Assembly: GCA_023657465.1 (NCBI GenBank)
Contig: JAGTJX010000003.1
Span: forward strand, 39,436-71,435
Reading direction: 5' to 3'
Length of the DNA: 32,000 bases
Source of the DNA: Lysobacteraceae bacterium
Lineage (GTDB): Bacteria > Bdellovibrionota > UBA1018 > JAGTJX01
Shown here one piece after another: positions 16,637 to 25,246 of this stretch. Each line of letters starts with the position of its first letter. Within the stretch, counting starts at the first letter, position 1. The notes beneath the pieces are model-generated. The model saw nothing but the letters and a program-made list of their open reading frames with translations. It was not told the DNA's origin and searched no databases. The position numbers were made by a program, and so were the translations under genes.

Positions 16637-18948
16637 AGTTTTTCCTCATATTCAATTTGTTGTTTGCGGTCAGTAGTTTCGCACAAACATCGCTGCATTG
16701 GTCGGGTAAGAAAACTCGTTGGGACCGAAAAAACAATATTGTCGAACTCTTCGAGAAAGCCCAAGTCTCTCGATCAAACGAAATCATCACCGCCAATTAT
16801 ATCAAGTTTAACACAGAGACTTACGATCTCGATGCCGTAGGCCAATGCGTGTATGTGATGCCGGATATGGTCGTGCGCGCTGAGGAGCTTCACTTCAATC
16901 TCAATACGAGATTAGGTCAGATGATCCGAGGCAAGATCACCAATGGTCAATTCTCACTTCAAGGAAATCTCATCACTAGGACGGGCGGGGACAGCTTCAT
17001 AGCAGAGACCGCGGAGTATACCACTTGCCAAGATTGCGCAAGTGCATGGTCTCTCCTCTCAAACGAAATCCGAGTTCAAATCAATGGCTACGCGAGTATG
17101 TCGACGGTTTATTTTAAGATCAAAGATAATCCCATCTTTTGGTTTCCATATTTGATTCTACCGATCAAAAACAAACGTGAGAGCGGAGTACTCATGCCGA
17201 AGACCAGGCTTGCGACTCCGAATGGGTCTGAGATTATTCTTCCGCTTTATTGGGCGATTAATTCGTTTTCTGACATGACGTTAGGTATCGGAACTTACAC
17301 TTCCAGAGGACTAAGACTCGAGTGGGAAGGAAGATACACACTCACAGATAAGAGTGGTGCTCAAATTAATTTTTTTTATAACGATTGGAAGTTTGCGGAT
17401 ATAGATGCAGATAAGCCAGTCATGCGTGGACTTTTGAGCTCGAGATGGGCAGCGTCGATGAATCAAACACAAGTGCTGCCTTGGGGAATTACTCAAAAAC
17501 TCCAGCTGCGAGAGGTGAGTGATAATTATGTTCCGGATTTTTATCTGCCAGATATTCCTAGGAATGCTAATCCTTATCTCTCCAGTGAGCTCTCACTCTC
17601 TAAATCTTCTTCAGACTTCAGCGGATTCATAGAGTTCAAACGAACGAGAAACATGATCTTAGAATCGTCGAAGGATCTAAGAACGTTTGATGATCGTACG
17701 GTGCAGCTTGCACCTAGGATCGTTCTCTCGACAAATGATCAGAGTATTGTTGGTACACCCCTTGTGACTGGATTTTTGGTCGGTTTTAATCAGTACACTC
17801 GTCCGATTGGATTTTTTGATAAAGATCCTGAAGTCATAGGCTCAGACCCGAACACATTTGTTTCCACCGCAACTCAGGTGGATCCGATTCGAAAAGCAAT
17901 TCGAGTGAACTTCCAGCCTTCGATTTATACAACGTTAAGACCGATCAATGGGGTCTCGCTCATTCCATCAGCTCAGTATCGCTATAATGTTTATCACTTT
18001 GGAAATTCCGTCGACAGCCTGGGTCGTGGATATCCACTCTTAAGAGCAGAGCTCTCTTTCCAGCTCGAACGCACGTTTGACACTAAGAATCCTCTTTCCC
18101 CTAGGGTCAAACACTTGATGAGGCCACTCCTTACATATAATTATATTCCTAGTGTTCAACAGCCAGATACGCATCCCTTCGTAAGGCAAATAGAGCGAAG
18201 TCCATCTTATGTTTTTGATAACAACGACTTGATTCCGTTTAATGTGACAAGAAACTTTCAAAGTTTCCAGATACCCCTTGGTAATTCTCTTACCTATGGA
18301 TTCGTCACTCAGGTCATTAGACGAAATGGGCACTTAGATTTGACTACTGCAACCTATGAAAAATTGTTCGAATTCTCAGCCACTCAAAATATTAATTTTT
18401 TACAACTTTCTCAGTCTGTGTCTAACCGCATTCCTCTTTCACGACTTCAATCAAATTTATTTTTTGGATCAGGTCCTTGGGGATGGGGAACAGACTATCA
18501 ATGGATTCCAGACATCGAGAAGTATGGGAGGCCATGGTCAGATTCATTCATGGTGAACTCGAGCTTCTCATACACACTTGTGGGAACAAGATCAGGGATG
18601 AGTGTGTTCAATCGATCGATCAGTATCGGCGCTTCTTACAATCCAGGTTTTTATAATCCTGGCGGTCCTCCCACAGTAGCGCTCACCACAGGGCTCAGGT
18701 ACTCGATCAGTGATTATATTATGCCTTCGATAGTGCTAGCCTACGACCTGACGAATAGAGTTTGGATCTCTCAGAATTTCAATCTCACTCTTCAAGATGC
18801 GTCACAATGTTGGCAGCTCTCATCTGGGTTCGTGAGAAATAACCAAGGTGCTTTTGGATTCTCATTCGATATTAAAATCAATCTCACGGGGTCTGGCTTC
18901 GGAAACATCACCGATGCAGCTAGTTATGTTGCTCCACCTAACAGTTAG
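16618..18948 (+). CDS. lptD: LPS-assembly outer membrane protein LptD (OstA family)
   Basis: An OstA-like N-terminal domain and the family block YTTCQ....W.L....I......G......YFKIKDNPIFWFPYLILPIKNKRESGVLMP, with a large beta-barrel C-terminus. The GTG at 16618 gives signal peptide (M)PVRKIKFFLIFNLLFAVSSFA/Q. The TTG at 16597 is an alternative start. Confidence 0.85.
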   Translation: MPVRKIKFFLIFNLLFAVSSFAQTSLHWSGKKTRWDRKNNIVELFEKAQVSRSNEIITANYIKFNTETYDLDAVGQCVYVMPDMVVRAEELHFNLNTRLGQMIRGKITNGQFSLQGNLITRTGGDSFIAETAEYTTCQDCASAWSLLSNEIRVQINGYASMSTVYFKIKDNPIFWFPYLILPIKNKRESGVLMPKTRLATPNGSEIILPLYWAINSFSDMTLGIGTYTSRGLRLEWEGRYTLTDKSGAQINFFYNDWKFADIDADKPVMRGLLSSRWAASMNQTQVLPWGITQKLQLREVSDNYVPDFYLPDIPRNANPYLSSELSLSKSSSDFSGFIEFKRTRNMILESSKDLRTFDDRTVQLAPRIVLSTNDQSIVGTPLVTGFLVGFNQYTRPIGFFDKDPEVIGSDPNTFVSTATQVDPIRKAIRVNFQPSIYTTLRPINGVSLIPSAQYRYNVYHFGNSVDSLGRGYPLLRAELSFQLERTFDTKNPLSPRVKHLMRPLLTYNYIPSVQQPDTHPFVRQIERSPSYVFDNNDLIPFNVTRNFQSFQIPLGNSLTYGFVTQVIRRNGHLDLTTATYEKLFEFSATQNINFLQLSQSVSNRIPLSRLQSNLFFGSGPWGWGTDYQWIPDIEKYGRPWSDSFMVNSSFSYTLVGTRSGMSVFNRSISIGASYNPGFYNPGGPPTVALTTGLRYSISDYIMPSIVLAYDLTNRVWISQNFNLTLQDASQCWQLSSGFVRNNQGAFGFSFDIKINLTGSGFGNITDAASYVAPPNS

Positions 18949-18972
18949 ATGTGTTAGACTAATAATCAGATC

Positions 18973-19737
18973 ATGCAAATTCTCGTTACAAATGATGATG
19001 GTGTTCACGCACCCGGAATTAGGCATCTAGCCCACGCTTTGAAAGAGAAGTTTAAGAACGTGGTTGTTGTCGCTCCGTTAGAAGAAAAGAGCACCACAGG
19101 GCATTCGCTCACTCTTCACAAGCCTTTAAGAATCACTGAGATTGATAAGAATGTGTATGGAGTCAATGGCTCTCCAGCAGATTGTGTTTATCTCGCAATC
19201 AAAAAAATCATGAAGAAAAAACCTGACTTCGTGATTTCAGGCATCAACCGTGGAAGCAACATGGGGCAGGACGTTTACTACTCAGGAACAGTCTCCGGCG
19301 CACGTGAAGCGTGTATCATGGGTATCCCATCGATCGCAGTGAGCTTATCAGCAGATGCAAAAGCAAATTCAAAACCAATTAAAACACTTCATTTCGACTC
19401 TGCAGCAGAGAGCTCAGTACAGCTTATCTTGAGATTAGTGAAGCAGCCGCTACCGCATCACACACTCATGAACTTGAACGTGCCTAATCTTCCGCTAGGT
19501 AAGATCAAAGGTTTTAAGGCAGGTAAACAAGGTTTCAGGTATTACGGTGGCAAGATCATTGAGCGTGTTGATCATAGAGGTAGTCCCTATTTTTGGATTG
19601 GCGGTCAATACGAAGGATTCAAAAACGAATCAGACACAGATTGTGATGTTGTCGCTCAAGGCTACGCAGCCCTCACTCCTCTGCAGCTCGATTCGACTGA
19701 TTATTCTTTCTTAAGAGAATTTGAGGCTGACAAGTGA
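18973..19737 (+). CDS. surE: 5'/3'-nucleotidase SurE
   Basis: MQILVTNDDGVHAPGI and GINRGSNMG are canonical SurE motifs. Confidence 0.95.
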   Translation: MQILVTNDDGVHAPGIRHLAHALKEKFKNVVVVAPLEEKSTTGHSLTLHKPLRITEIDKNVYGVNGSPADCVYLAIKKIMKKKPDFVISGINRGSNMGQDVYYSGTVSGAREACIMGIPSIAVSLSADAKANSKPIKTLHFDSAAESSVQLILRLVKQPLPHHTLMNLNVPNLPLGKIKGFKAGKQGFRYYGGKIIERVDHRGSPYFWIGGQYEGFKNESDTDCDVVAQGYAALTPLQLDSTDYSFLREFEADK

Positions 19738-20390
19738 AGAATTTAGTTCTTGTTCTCACGTTTGGGTTTGCCATTATTCAAGGCTGCTCATCTGTTCCAA
19801 GATCGAAGTCCAAGCGTATTGGCCTTGCAGAGCGCTGGTCTCATCCCATGGAAAATTTTGAATCAGAAAAACTGGGTCGTAAACTCGACACCAAAGACTT
19901 TGATTCTATTCCTACAAAAACTGCAGATTTAGGAACTTGGATCTGGCCATTGGAAGATGTGAAAATTAATTCGAGATTCGGCAAGCGTAGACGTGGATTC
20001 CATGAGGGGATTGATCTCAAAGCTGCAGTAGGTACTCCAGTCTATGCCACTCAGGCGGGTCAAGTGATCTATGCGGATAACAAAATCGGTGGATATGGAA
20101 ACATGGTCGTTGTGAAACACTCGACAGGATTGTTTTCAGTTTATGCTCACTTATCCAAAATGAGTGTCGAAGCAGGCGAGCATATTAAGCAAAGAGATCC
20201 GATTGGACTCAGCGGTAAGAGTGGAAGAACACGCGGCCCACATCTTCACTTCGAAGTGAGAAGAGGATCGGTTGCTCTAAATCCAGTGAATTTCTATGAA
20301 CGTGGTAATCTCTTCACAGCTCCTGGACGTGCACTTGCTTCAAAAACAAAATCAGTGAAGATCTCAAAATCAAAACGACGGAGGTCATAA
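19734..20390 (+). CDS. M23-family metallopeptidase lipoprotein (NlpD-like)
   Basis: Lipobox FAIIQGC. M23 motifs HEGIDL and GPHLHFEVR. GTG start overlaps the surE stop. Confidence 0.85.
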   Translation: MKNLVLVLTFGFAIIQGCSSVPRSKSKRIGLAERWSHPMENFESEKLGRKLDTKDFDSIPTKTADLGTWIWPLEDVKINSRFGKRRRGFHEGIDLKAAVGTPVYATQAGQVIYADNKIGGYGNMVVVKHSTGLFSVYAHLSKMSVEAGEHIKQRDPIGLSGKSGRTRGPHLHFEVRRGSVALNPVNFYERGNLFTAPGRALASKTKSVKISKSKRRRS

Positions 20391-20396
20391 GGCTTT

Positions 20397-21080
20397 ATGG
20401 AAACAACACTTTCATTCATTCAGCTTGTTGAGTTTTTCCTTCCTAAGCTTGGATTTGCAGTCGTTTGTGGTGGCGTGCTGGGTTTAGAGCGTGAAATGAA
20501 AATGAAGCCTGCAGGTATCAAGACTAATATTCTGATCTGCGTAGGCTCTATGCTTTTCACTGGCGCTTCCGTTTTGATCTCATCTACTAATGCAGCATCT
20601 GGACATTACGGTGATGCTGGAAGGCTAGCGGCTCAAGTCGTGTCTGGTATTGGTTTTCTAGGCGGTGGCGTGATCATGCAATCTCGTGGCACGGTCGTGG
20701 GTCTCACCACTGCTGCGACAATGTGGGTGGTCTCAGCGTTAGGTATATGTGTGGGCTTGGGTCATGGTTGGATCGCTGTAGCGATTGCAGTAGGCGTAGT
20801 CCTCATGCTCATTGTGACTACTTTCTTCGAGCATCAAGTATTCCAAAGACAGCAAAGTTTTGAATGTGAAGTCTCTGCACACGACCCTCGCGGTGAGTTC
20901 AAGGACAAGGTGAGTCAATATCTTGCGGCCAATGATCTCTCGATTGAGGACTATGATCTCGCCAAAGATGGCGACATTAAAAGGCTGCGTGTTAAGTGTC
21001 ATGGCCGTTCTAAGGACTATCGCAAATTCATCTTAGATCTCTGGGAACTCGAGTCCATCGAGGAAGTAAAACAAAGATAG
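20397..21080 (+). CDS. MgtC/SapB-family membrane protein
   Basis: GLEREMKMKPAGIKTNILICVGSMLFT and GIGFLGGGVIM are MgtC-family signatures. A soluble C-terminal domain follows. Confidence 0.85.
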   Translation: METTLSFIQLVEFFLPKLGFAVVCGGVLGLEREMKMKPAGIKTNILICVGSMLFTGASVLISSTNAASGHYGDAGRLAAQVVSGIGFLGGGVIMQSRGTVVGLTTAATMWVVSALGICVGLGHGWIAVAIAVGVVLMLIVTTFFEHQVFQRQQSFECEVSAHDPRGEFKDKVSQYLAANDLSIEDYDLAKDGDIKRLRVKCHGRSKDYRKFILDLWELESIEEVKQR

Positions 21081-21443
21081 TTCACTCTGAGCCTTTATTG
21101 CCTTTATTCGTACTCAGTATTTAAACTTTCCCTATCCTTACCTTTAGTACCTTCTTAAAAGGTTCTTCCAAGCGTTATGCGTCTTCTCTTTTATACTTTT
21201 ATATACTTTTATATACTTTTATGTATTGCTTTCGGTCGGGCTCCTTTGGCGCTTAACTTCAAATTTATACAATATTTGCAGCTAGCGCTTATCGACTCGC
21301 ATCAAGCTCGATAAAACCTCATTCCATACATAAAAGTATAAGAGAGAAGTAGAAGAAAGCAGGAGCTGCCCTCTTAGTAAAGTACTAAAGGCCAAGGATA
21401 GAAAGAGAGTAAGTGATGAGTACAAATAAAGGCTCAGAGTGAA
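21081..21443. repeat. 363-bp imperfect palindromic element with perfect 19-bp termini (MITE-like or long structured RNA)
   Basis: TTCACTCTGAGCCTTTATT at 21081-21099 is exactly reverse-complemented at 21425-21443. Further shared blocks lie in mirrored order: GTACTCA, CTATCCTT, CCTTTAGTAC, TTATACTTTTATGTAT. Confidence 0.7.
21191..21225. repeat. Tandem repeat, 10-bp unit ATATACTTTT, about 3.5 copies
   Basis: Read directly: ttatactttt atatactttt atatactttt atgta. The mirrored arm of the palindrome has only one copy. Confidence 0.9.
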
Positions 21444-21485
21444 AAATCTCTTGAAAAAATCACTAGTTATACTTACCGTAAAGAT

Positions 21486-21767
21486 ATGACCAAAGCAGAT
21501 CTTGTGAACCTCATCGCAGAAAAAGCCAAGCTCCAGCATAAGCAAGCTGAAGTCGTAGTGAACATGGTTTTTGATATGATGTCGGATTCGCTCAAGAAGG
21601 ATGACCGTATTGAGATCCGTGGCTTTGGATCATTTGTGAACCGTAGTTATGGAAGCTACAAAGGTCGTAATCCTAAAACAGGAGATATGGTCGAAGTTCC
21701 GTCGAAGCGCGTTCCGTTTTTCAAAGTGGGCAAAGAGCTCAAAGAAAAAGTCGACGCTTCAAAATAG
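21486..21767 (+). CDS. ihfB: Integration host factor beta-like / HU-family DNA-binding protein
   Basis: MTKADLV..., RIEIRGFGSF, GRNPKTGDMVEVPSKRVPFFKVGKELK. This resembles IHF-beta closely along its whole length. Confidence 0.8.
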   Translation: MTKADLVNLIAEKAKLQHKQAEVVVNMVFDMMSDSLKKDDRIEIRGFGSFVNRSYGSYKGRNPKTGDMVEVPSKRVPFFKVGKELKEKVDASK

Positions 21768-21776
21768 AAACTCCCA

Positions 21777-22580
21777 TTAAAAGAATAACGTCACGACTGC
21801 GCCAACAACGCCTATCGCAATTCTGTACCAACCGTAGTTCGAGAGGTTTCTCGATTCAATGGTTTGTTTGAATGAGATCGCAGCGAAGTAACTTCCGACT
21901 GAAGCCAATACAATCGCTAAAAATACATTGATTGATAACCATTCTGTTCCACCGGCTTGAGTAGCCTCCAAGGCTTGAGCAAGGAGAAACGGAGTCGCAG
22001 TGAGGGCTGCGTACTTATAGATAGCGTCCCAATGGTAATGCTTCATTCCGCCTACGATCACAGCAGGAGAGAATAATCCCACGCCTGGAATCAAGCTTGT
22101 GATCTGAGCGATTCCTACGACGATGGAGTCGATGAGATTCCATACGAAGAAAGTCTTAAGTCTCCTGTTCTGTGACTGGATGCGGAGGAACGAGAGACCA
22201 ATAACAAAGCTCACGATCCAGAGAGTCCAGGGGGATTGAAAGAGTGAATTGATTCCTGGCTCAGGAAGGTATGTCTTCAGGAAAAGAGTAGGGGCAACTA
22301 TGAAAATGAGAAAAAAAGGAAACCGCTCATCAAATGTCATGGGCTTCTTGCGATAAAGAATCATCGTGATAGTCGAACTCACAATACTGAGCCAATCGTG
22401 AATGAATGCAAAAAACATTCCCGCGAATAGTCCCCAGTTGATGGCTGATGCGACAGTCGTATCGCTCATGCTCCATCCAGTGAACTGGGTGAGGAGAGTC
22501 AGGTGAGCTTGAGCGCCGACTGGAATGATTTCTGTAACAGATGTGAGAAGCGACAGAATGATGACTTGGAACGTAGACAT
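21777..22580 (-). CDS. UppP/BacA-family membrane protein, divergent (catalytic motifs not conserved)
   Basis: A 267-aa polytopic protein collinear with undecaprenyl-diphosphatase. SVTEIIPVGAQAHL corresponds to GLTEFLPVSSTGH, IPGVGLFSPAVIVGGM to PGFSRSGATISGGM, and the C-terminus is WYRIAIGVVGAVVTLFF. Confidence 0.6.
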   Translation of the reverse strand: MSTFQVIILSLLTSVTEIIPVGAQAHLTLLTQFTGWSMSDTTVASAINWGLFAGMFFAFIHDWLSIVSSTITMILYRKKPMTFDERFPFFLIFIVAPTLFLKTYLPEPGINSLFQSPWTLWIVSFVIGLSFLRIQSQNRRLKTFFVWNLIDSIVVGIAQITSLIPGVGLFSPAVIVGGMKHYHWDAIYKYAALTATPFLLAQALEATQAGGTEWLSINVFLAIVLASVGSYFAAISFKQTIESRNLSNYGWYRIAIGVVGAVVTLFF

Positions 22581-22604
22581 ATTAGTTAAGTATATCGAAA
22601 TGAA

Positions 22605-22886
22605 TCACTGATACCAGTCCAATATTAAAGAACCTTCACTGACAAAAAAGGATGAAGCAGGTGCAGTGTTGGAAGTAAAATAAGGAGTATTAACCCAGTT
22701 CTGTAGATGATAGGCCGCAACTACTCCAAGCTGAACACCCTTCATGATGGGTTTCAGTGTGCTGAGATAGATCCAGTGCTTGTAAACTAATCCTATTGCA
22801 TAGTTCAGCGGAACGTAGGTTTCATACTGAAAAAAAAAGTTCAAAGGGGTGAGTCGTTCTCCATCCAGACATTGTCCTTCTCTCAA
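22605..22886 (-). CDS. Hypothetical ORF, possibly a remnant of a disrupted gene
   Basis: TTG start, no SD. The frame upstream continues protein-like across an in-frame TAA. See finding. Confidence 0.3.
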   Translation of the reverse strand: MREGQCLDGERLTPLNFFFQYETYVPLNYAIGLVYKHWIYLSTLKPIMKGVQLGVVAAYHLQNWVNTPYFTSNTAPASSFFVSEGSLILDWYQ

Positions 22887-23176
22887 ATGACAGTGTAAAA
22901 CTTAGTACCTCTCACTCCCATGACGGCGCTCTTTGTTCTTGCAGTTCACTTGAGCGAAGACTGCGCCGCTATCGAGCATCACCGTTGGTGTTGACTCATT
23001 CGTAAGAGTGACTTCTTGAGTACTGTTCCAGTAGGCTCAAGAGTCAATGTGCCAGTAAGTTCTGAAACAGTTCCCATGAGTGCAAGCGATTGAGTCGAGA
23101 GTAAGAGAGCGAATAGTGTGTTCATGTGAACTATTGTTGCAAATATTAGTAGAAACGACACTAGTCAGTACGTTGA

Positions 23177-25246
23177 CTACTTTTTTCTAGATACGCGGTT
23201 TTTAGATCTAGATTTACCTTCTACAGGCTTACTATTGTACTGATCAGTCGTTTTGATGCCATCCAGTGGTGATTTGCGTTCATCAAATCTTGGTAATCCA
23301 GGAGGGAAGAAATCCTCTGGATCTTGTGGTTCATCAGCATTTGGAAAAAACGATCCACGTTCTTGGAATAAGAGTTGAATTGTTTCTTCGTCATAAATAA
23401 ATCCTACTGAGGAGTTTGCTGCAGAAGGACCTCGTTGATAACCTTGTCTTCCTAATAGTTCTCCTACGCGACCACCTTGCCCGTCTTCAGTAGTTGCATG
23501 AGTGTGCCCAGACATGCTGACACCGAAACTTGCACGCATTTGGGCAACACTAATACCTTTAGCACCGTTCACTCCGTTTTGGGCATGTTGAGAGACGTCT
23601 ACACCTTGCACCATTGAGAATGGATTAGGATTTTCAGGATCGATTCCAAGGCGGTAAGTATCTGAAGCTTTGAGAAACACGACTCTGTCTGTATTAATTC
23701 CATAATATTGGAAAATTCTTTTGTAAGGGTCAACTCCTTCATTGATTGCTTCGTAAGTTAACTTTAATACGAGCGGTAGATCTTTGGGTTTAGAGTTTTT
23801 AAAGAGATCCCCTGATTGAAGTTTTTTCATGAGCCATTCAGCACCATGATTATCTTCAGGAACTATGATTAGAGTATTCGGTAACATAGTCAGTAGTTGT
23901 TTCATCCAAGCAGCAGCGTTTTGAAAATGATTCTCTAAATCGAGAGCACCTTCACGGTCACTCATTGCCTTTGAGATGAGGCTTTCTAAAATATATCTAG
24001 AGTTTGGAGTGCCATTCACTAGATCTTCGAGAACAATGGCTCCTAATTGTGTTTCACCCTGTGTGTATTCGTACTCATTGAAGGCGCCGTATTTTGGGTT
24101 TTTCTCAATAATCTTCATGTGCTTCAAAAGCTCATTGACGGCTTTGAGTGAACCAGGATTAGTGATGCCTAAGTGAATGTCTCCTAAAACCATTCCAGGA
24201 ATAATTTTTAGTTTCTTTTTCCCTTCAGGAGTATAAACATTCCCCAAATCAGCAAATCCAATTGGCTTTTCCTGGTTATCTCTCATGAGTCTCACACGTC
24301 TGGGTGCTGAACCATAAGCACCACCGGAGACATCTGAGATGAGAGGACTATAATAGAGTCTAGAGTAAACAATCGCTGACTGGTTTTTTTCTGCAGTTTT
24401 TTGAGCTTTATAATCTGTGTTCATGCTCATATTGAATTCACCTTGATAAGCAGGTTCATTGAATGAACCCGTTGTCATGAAATAAGAAGGATGAGTGTCA
24501 AAGTTTCCAGTTGGTTTTGAATTTAATTTTACTTTGTTATGAAAAACAATGACTTTGTCCGCAGGAGAAAAATTTGCAAGATTCATTAAATCTTTCTCAA
24601 GAGGATTGACTCTTTTATCGTGATAGCCAGGATCGACCCAGTGCACGTTTTTAGTGTACTGAATATCTTCAAGCATGATGAAAACGTTTGGCATTTTGAA
24701 TAGTTCAGCAAATTTTTTAGGAATGCTTCCTAGTTCTTTGAAAGTAGGTGAGAAGATGAGAGGTGCTTTTAAATCTTTAGCCATCACTAATGCGGCTTGA
24801 AGTACTTTGTCATTGATATCTTGCCCCTGGCCTAGCTTACTCATGATGATTGAGCCCGAAGATCTAATTGCCTTCATCATCTCATCCTGTTTCTTCTGAG
24901 TGAAAAATCTGTGATCAATAACATTTTGAAATGCATCAGGAAATTTATTTATCGTATCATCAATAAAATTAGAAATATTTTTGTTAGAGCCAAAATACTT
25001 ACTCAGGCTTTTGGCATCTTCGATCTCGAGATAATTTGAAAACTCTGAGAGAATTTGAGAGGGGGTTTCTGGTATTTCGTTTTTCTCTTGGACGAACTCT
25101 TTGAATTGCTTCATGAGATCTTCAGGAGTCATTGAAATTGCTGTGGAGCACTTCTTTTCCCACTGATATTTAGAAGTGTGTTTATCTTCTTCAGCGAGCG
25201 TTATGTTAGGCATCAGAAAGAGAAAGGTTATCAGTGAGAGTTTCAT
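23177..25246 (-). CDS. Secreted protein with a C-terminal calcineurin-like metallophosphoesterase-type domain
   Basis: Signal peptide MKLSLITFLFLMPNITLA/EE and SD GGGAGAG. Ordered MPE-like motifs: GDIHLG (res 355-360), LEDLVNG (406-412), EDNHGAE (464-470), SQHAQNG (552-558), SGHTHAT (579-585). The N-terminal ~350 aa are unassigned. Confidence 0.6.
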   Translation of the reverse strand: MKLSLITFLFLMPNITLAEEDKHTSKYQWEKKCSTAISMTPEDLMKQFKEFVQEKNEIPETPSQILSEFSNYLEIEDAKSLSKYFGSNKNISNFIDDTINKFPDAFQNVIDHRFFTQKKQDEMMKAIRSSGSIIMSKLGQGQDINDKVLQAALVMAKDLKAPLIFSPTFKELGSIPKKFAELFKMPNVFIMLEDIQYTKNVHWVDPGYHDKRVNPLEKDLMNLANFSPADKVIVFHNKVKLNSKPTGNFDTHPSYFMTTGSFNEPAYQGEFNMSMNTDYKAQKTAEKNQSAIVYSRLYYSPLISDVSGGAYGSAPRRVRLMRDNQEKPIGFADLGNVYTPEGKKKLKIIPGMVLGDIHLGITNPGSLKAVNELLKHMKIIEKNPKYGAFNEYEYTQGETQLGAIVLEDLVNGTPNSRYILESLISKAMSDREGALDLENHFQNAAAWMKQLLTMLPNTLIIVPEDNHGAEWLMKKLQSGDLFKNSKPKDLPLVLKLTYEAINEGVDPYKRIFQYYGINTDRVVFLKASDTYRLGIDPENPNPFSMVQGVDVSQHAQNGVNGAKGISVAQMRASFGVSMSGHTHATTEDGQGGRVGELLGRQGYQRGPSAANSSVGFIYDEETIQLLFQERGSFFPNADEPQDPEDFFPPGLPRFDERKSPLDGIKTTDQYNSKPVEGKSRSKNRVSRKK

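Noticed and set aside
21191-21225. Short tandem repeat considered as a CRISPR-like or iteron array
   Set aside because: The units are 10 bp with no spacers, there are only about 3.5 copies, and the array is embedded in one arm of the palindromic element. It is not CRISPR.
21282-21545. 87-aa minus-strand ORF
   Set aside because: It lies within the palindromic element and overlaps the start of the IHF-beta-like gene. The sequence is low-complexity Leu/Ser/Phe-rich and has no SD.
22500-23300. Direct repeat of the tRNA-Cys 3' end (att site) or an integrase at the far edge of the AT-rich block
   Set aside because: I found no copy of GCCCGGACTCGAACC or its complement by eye, and there is no integrase-like ORF. 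The island idea is kept only as a compositional inference.
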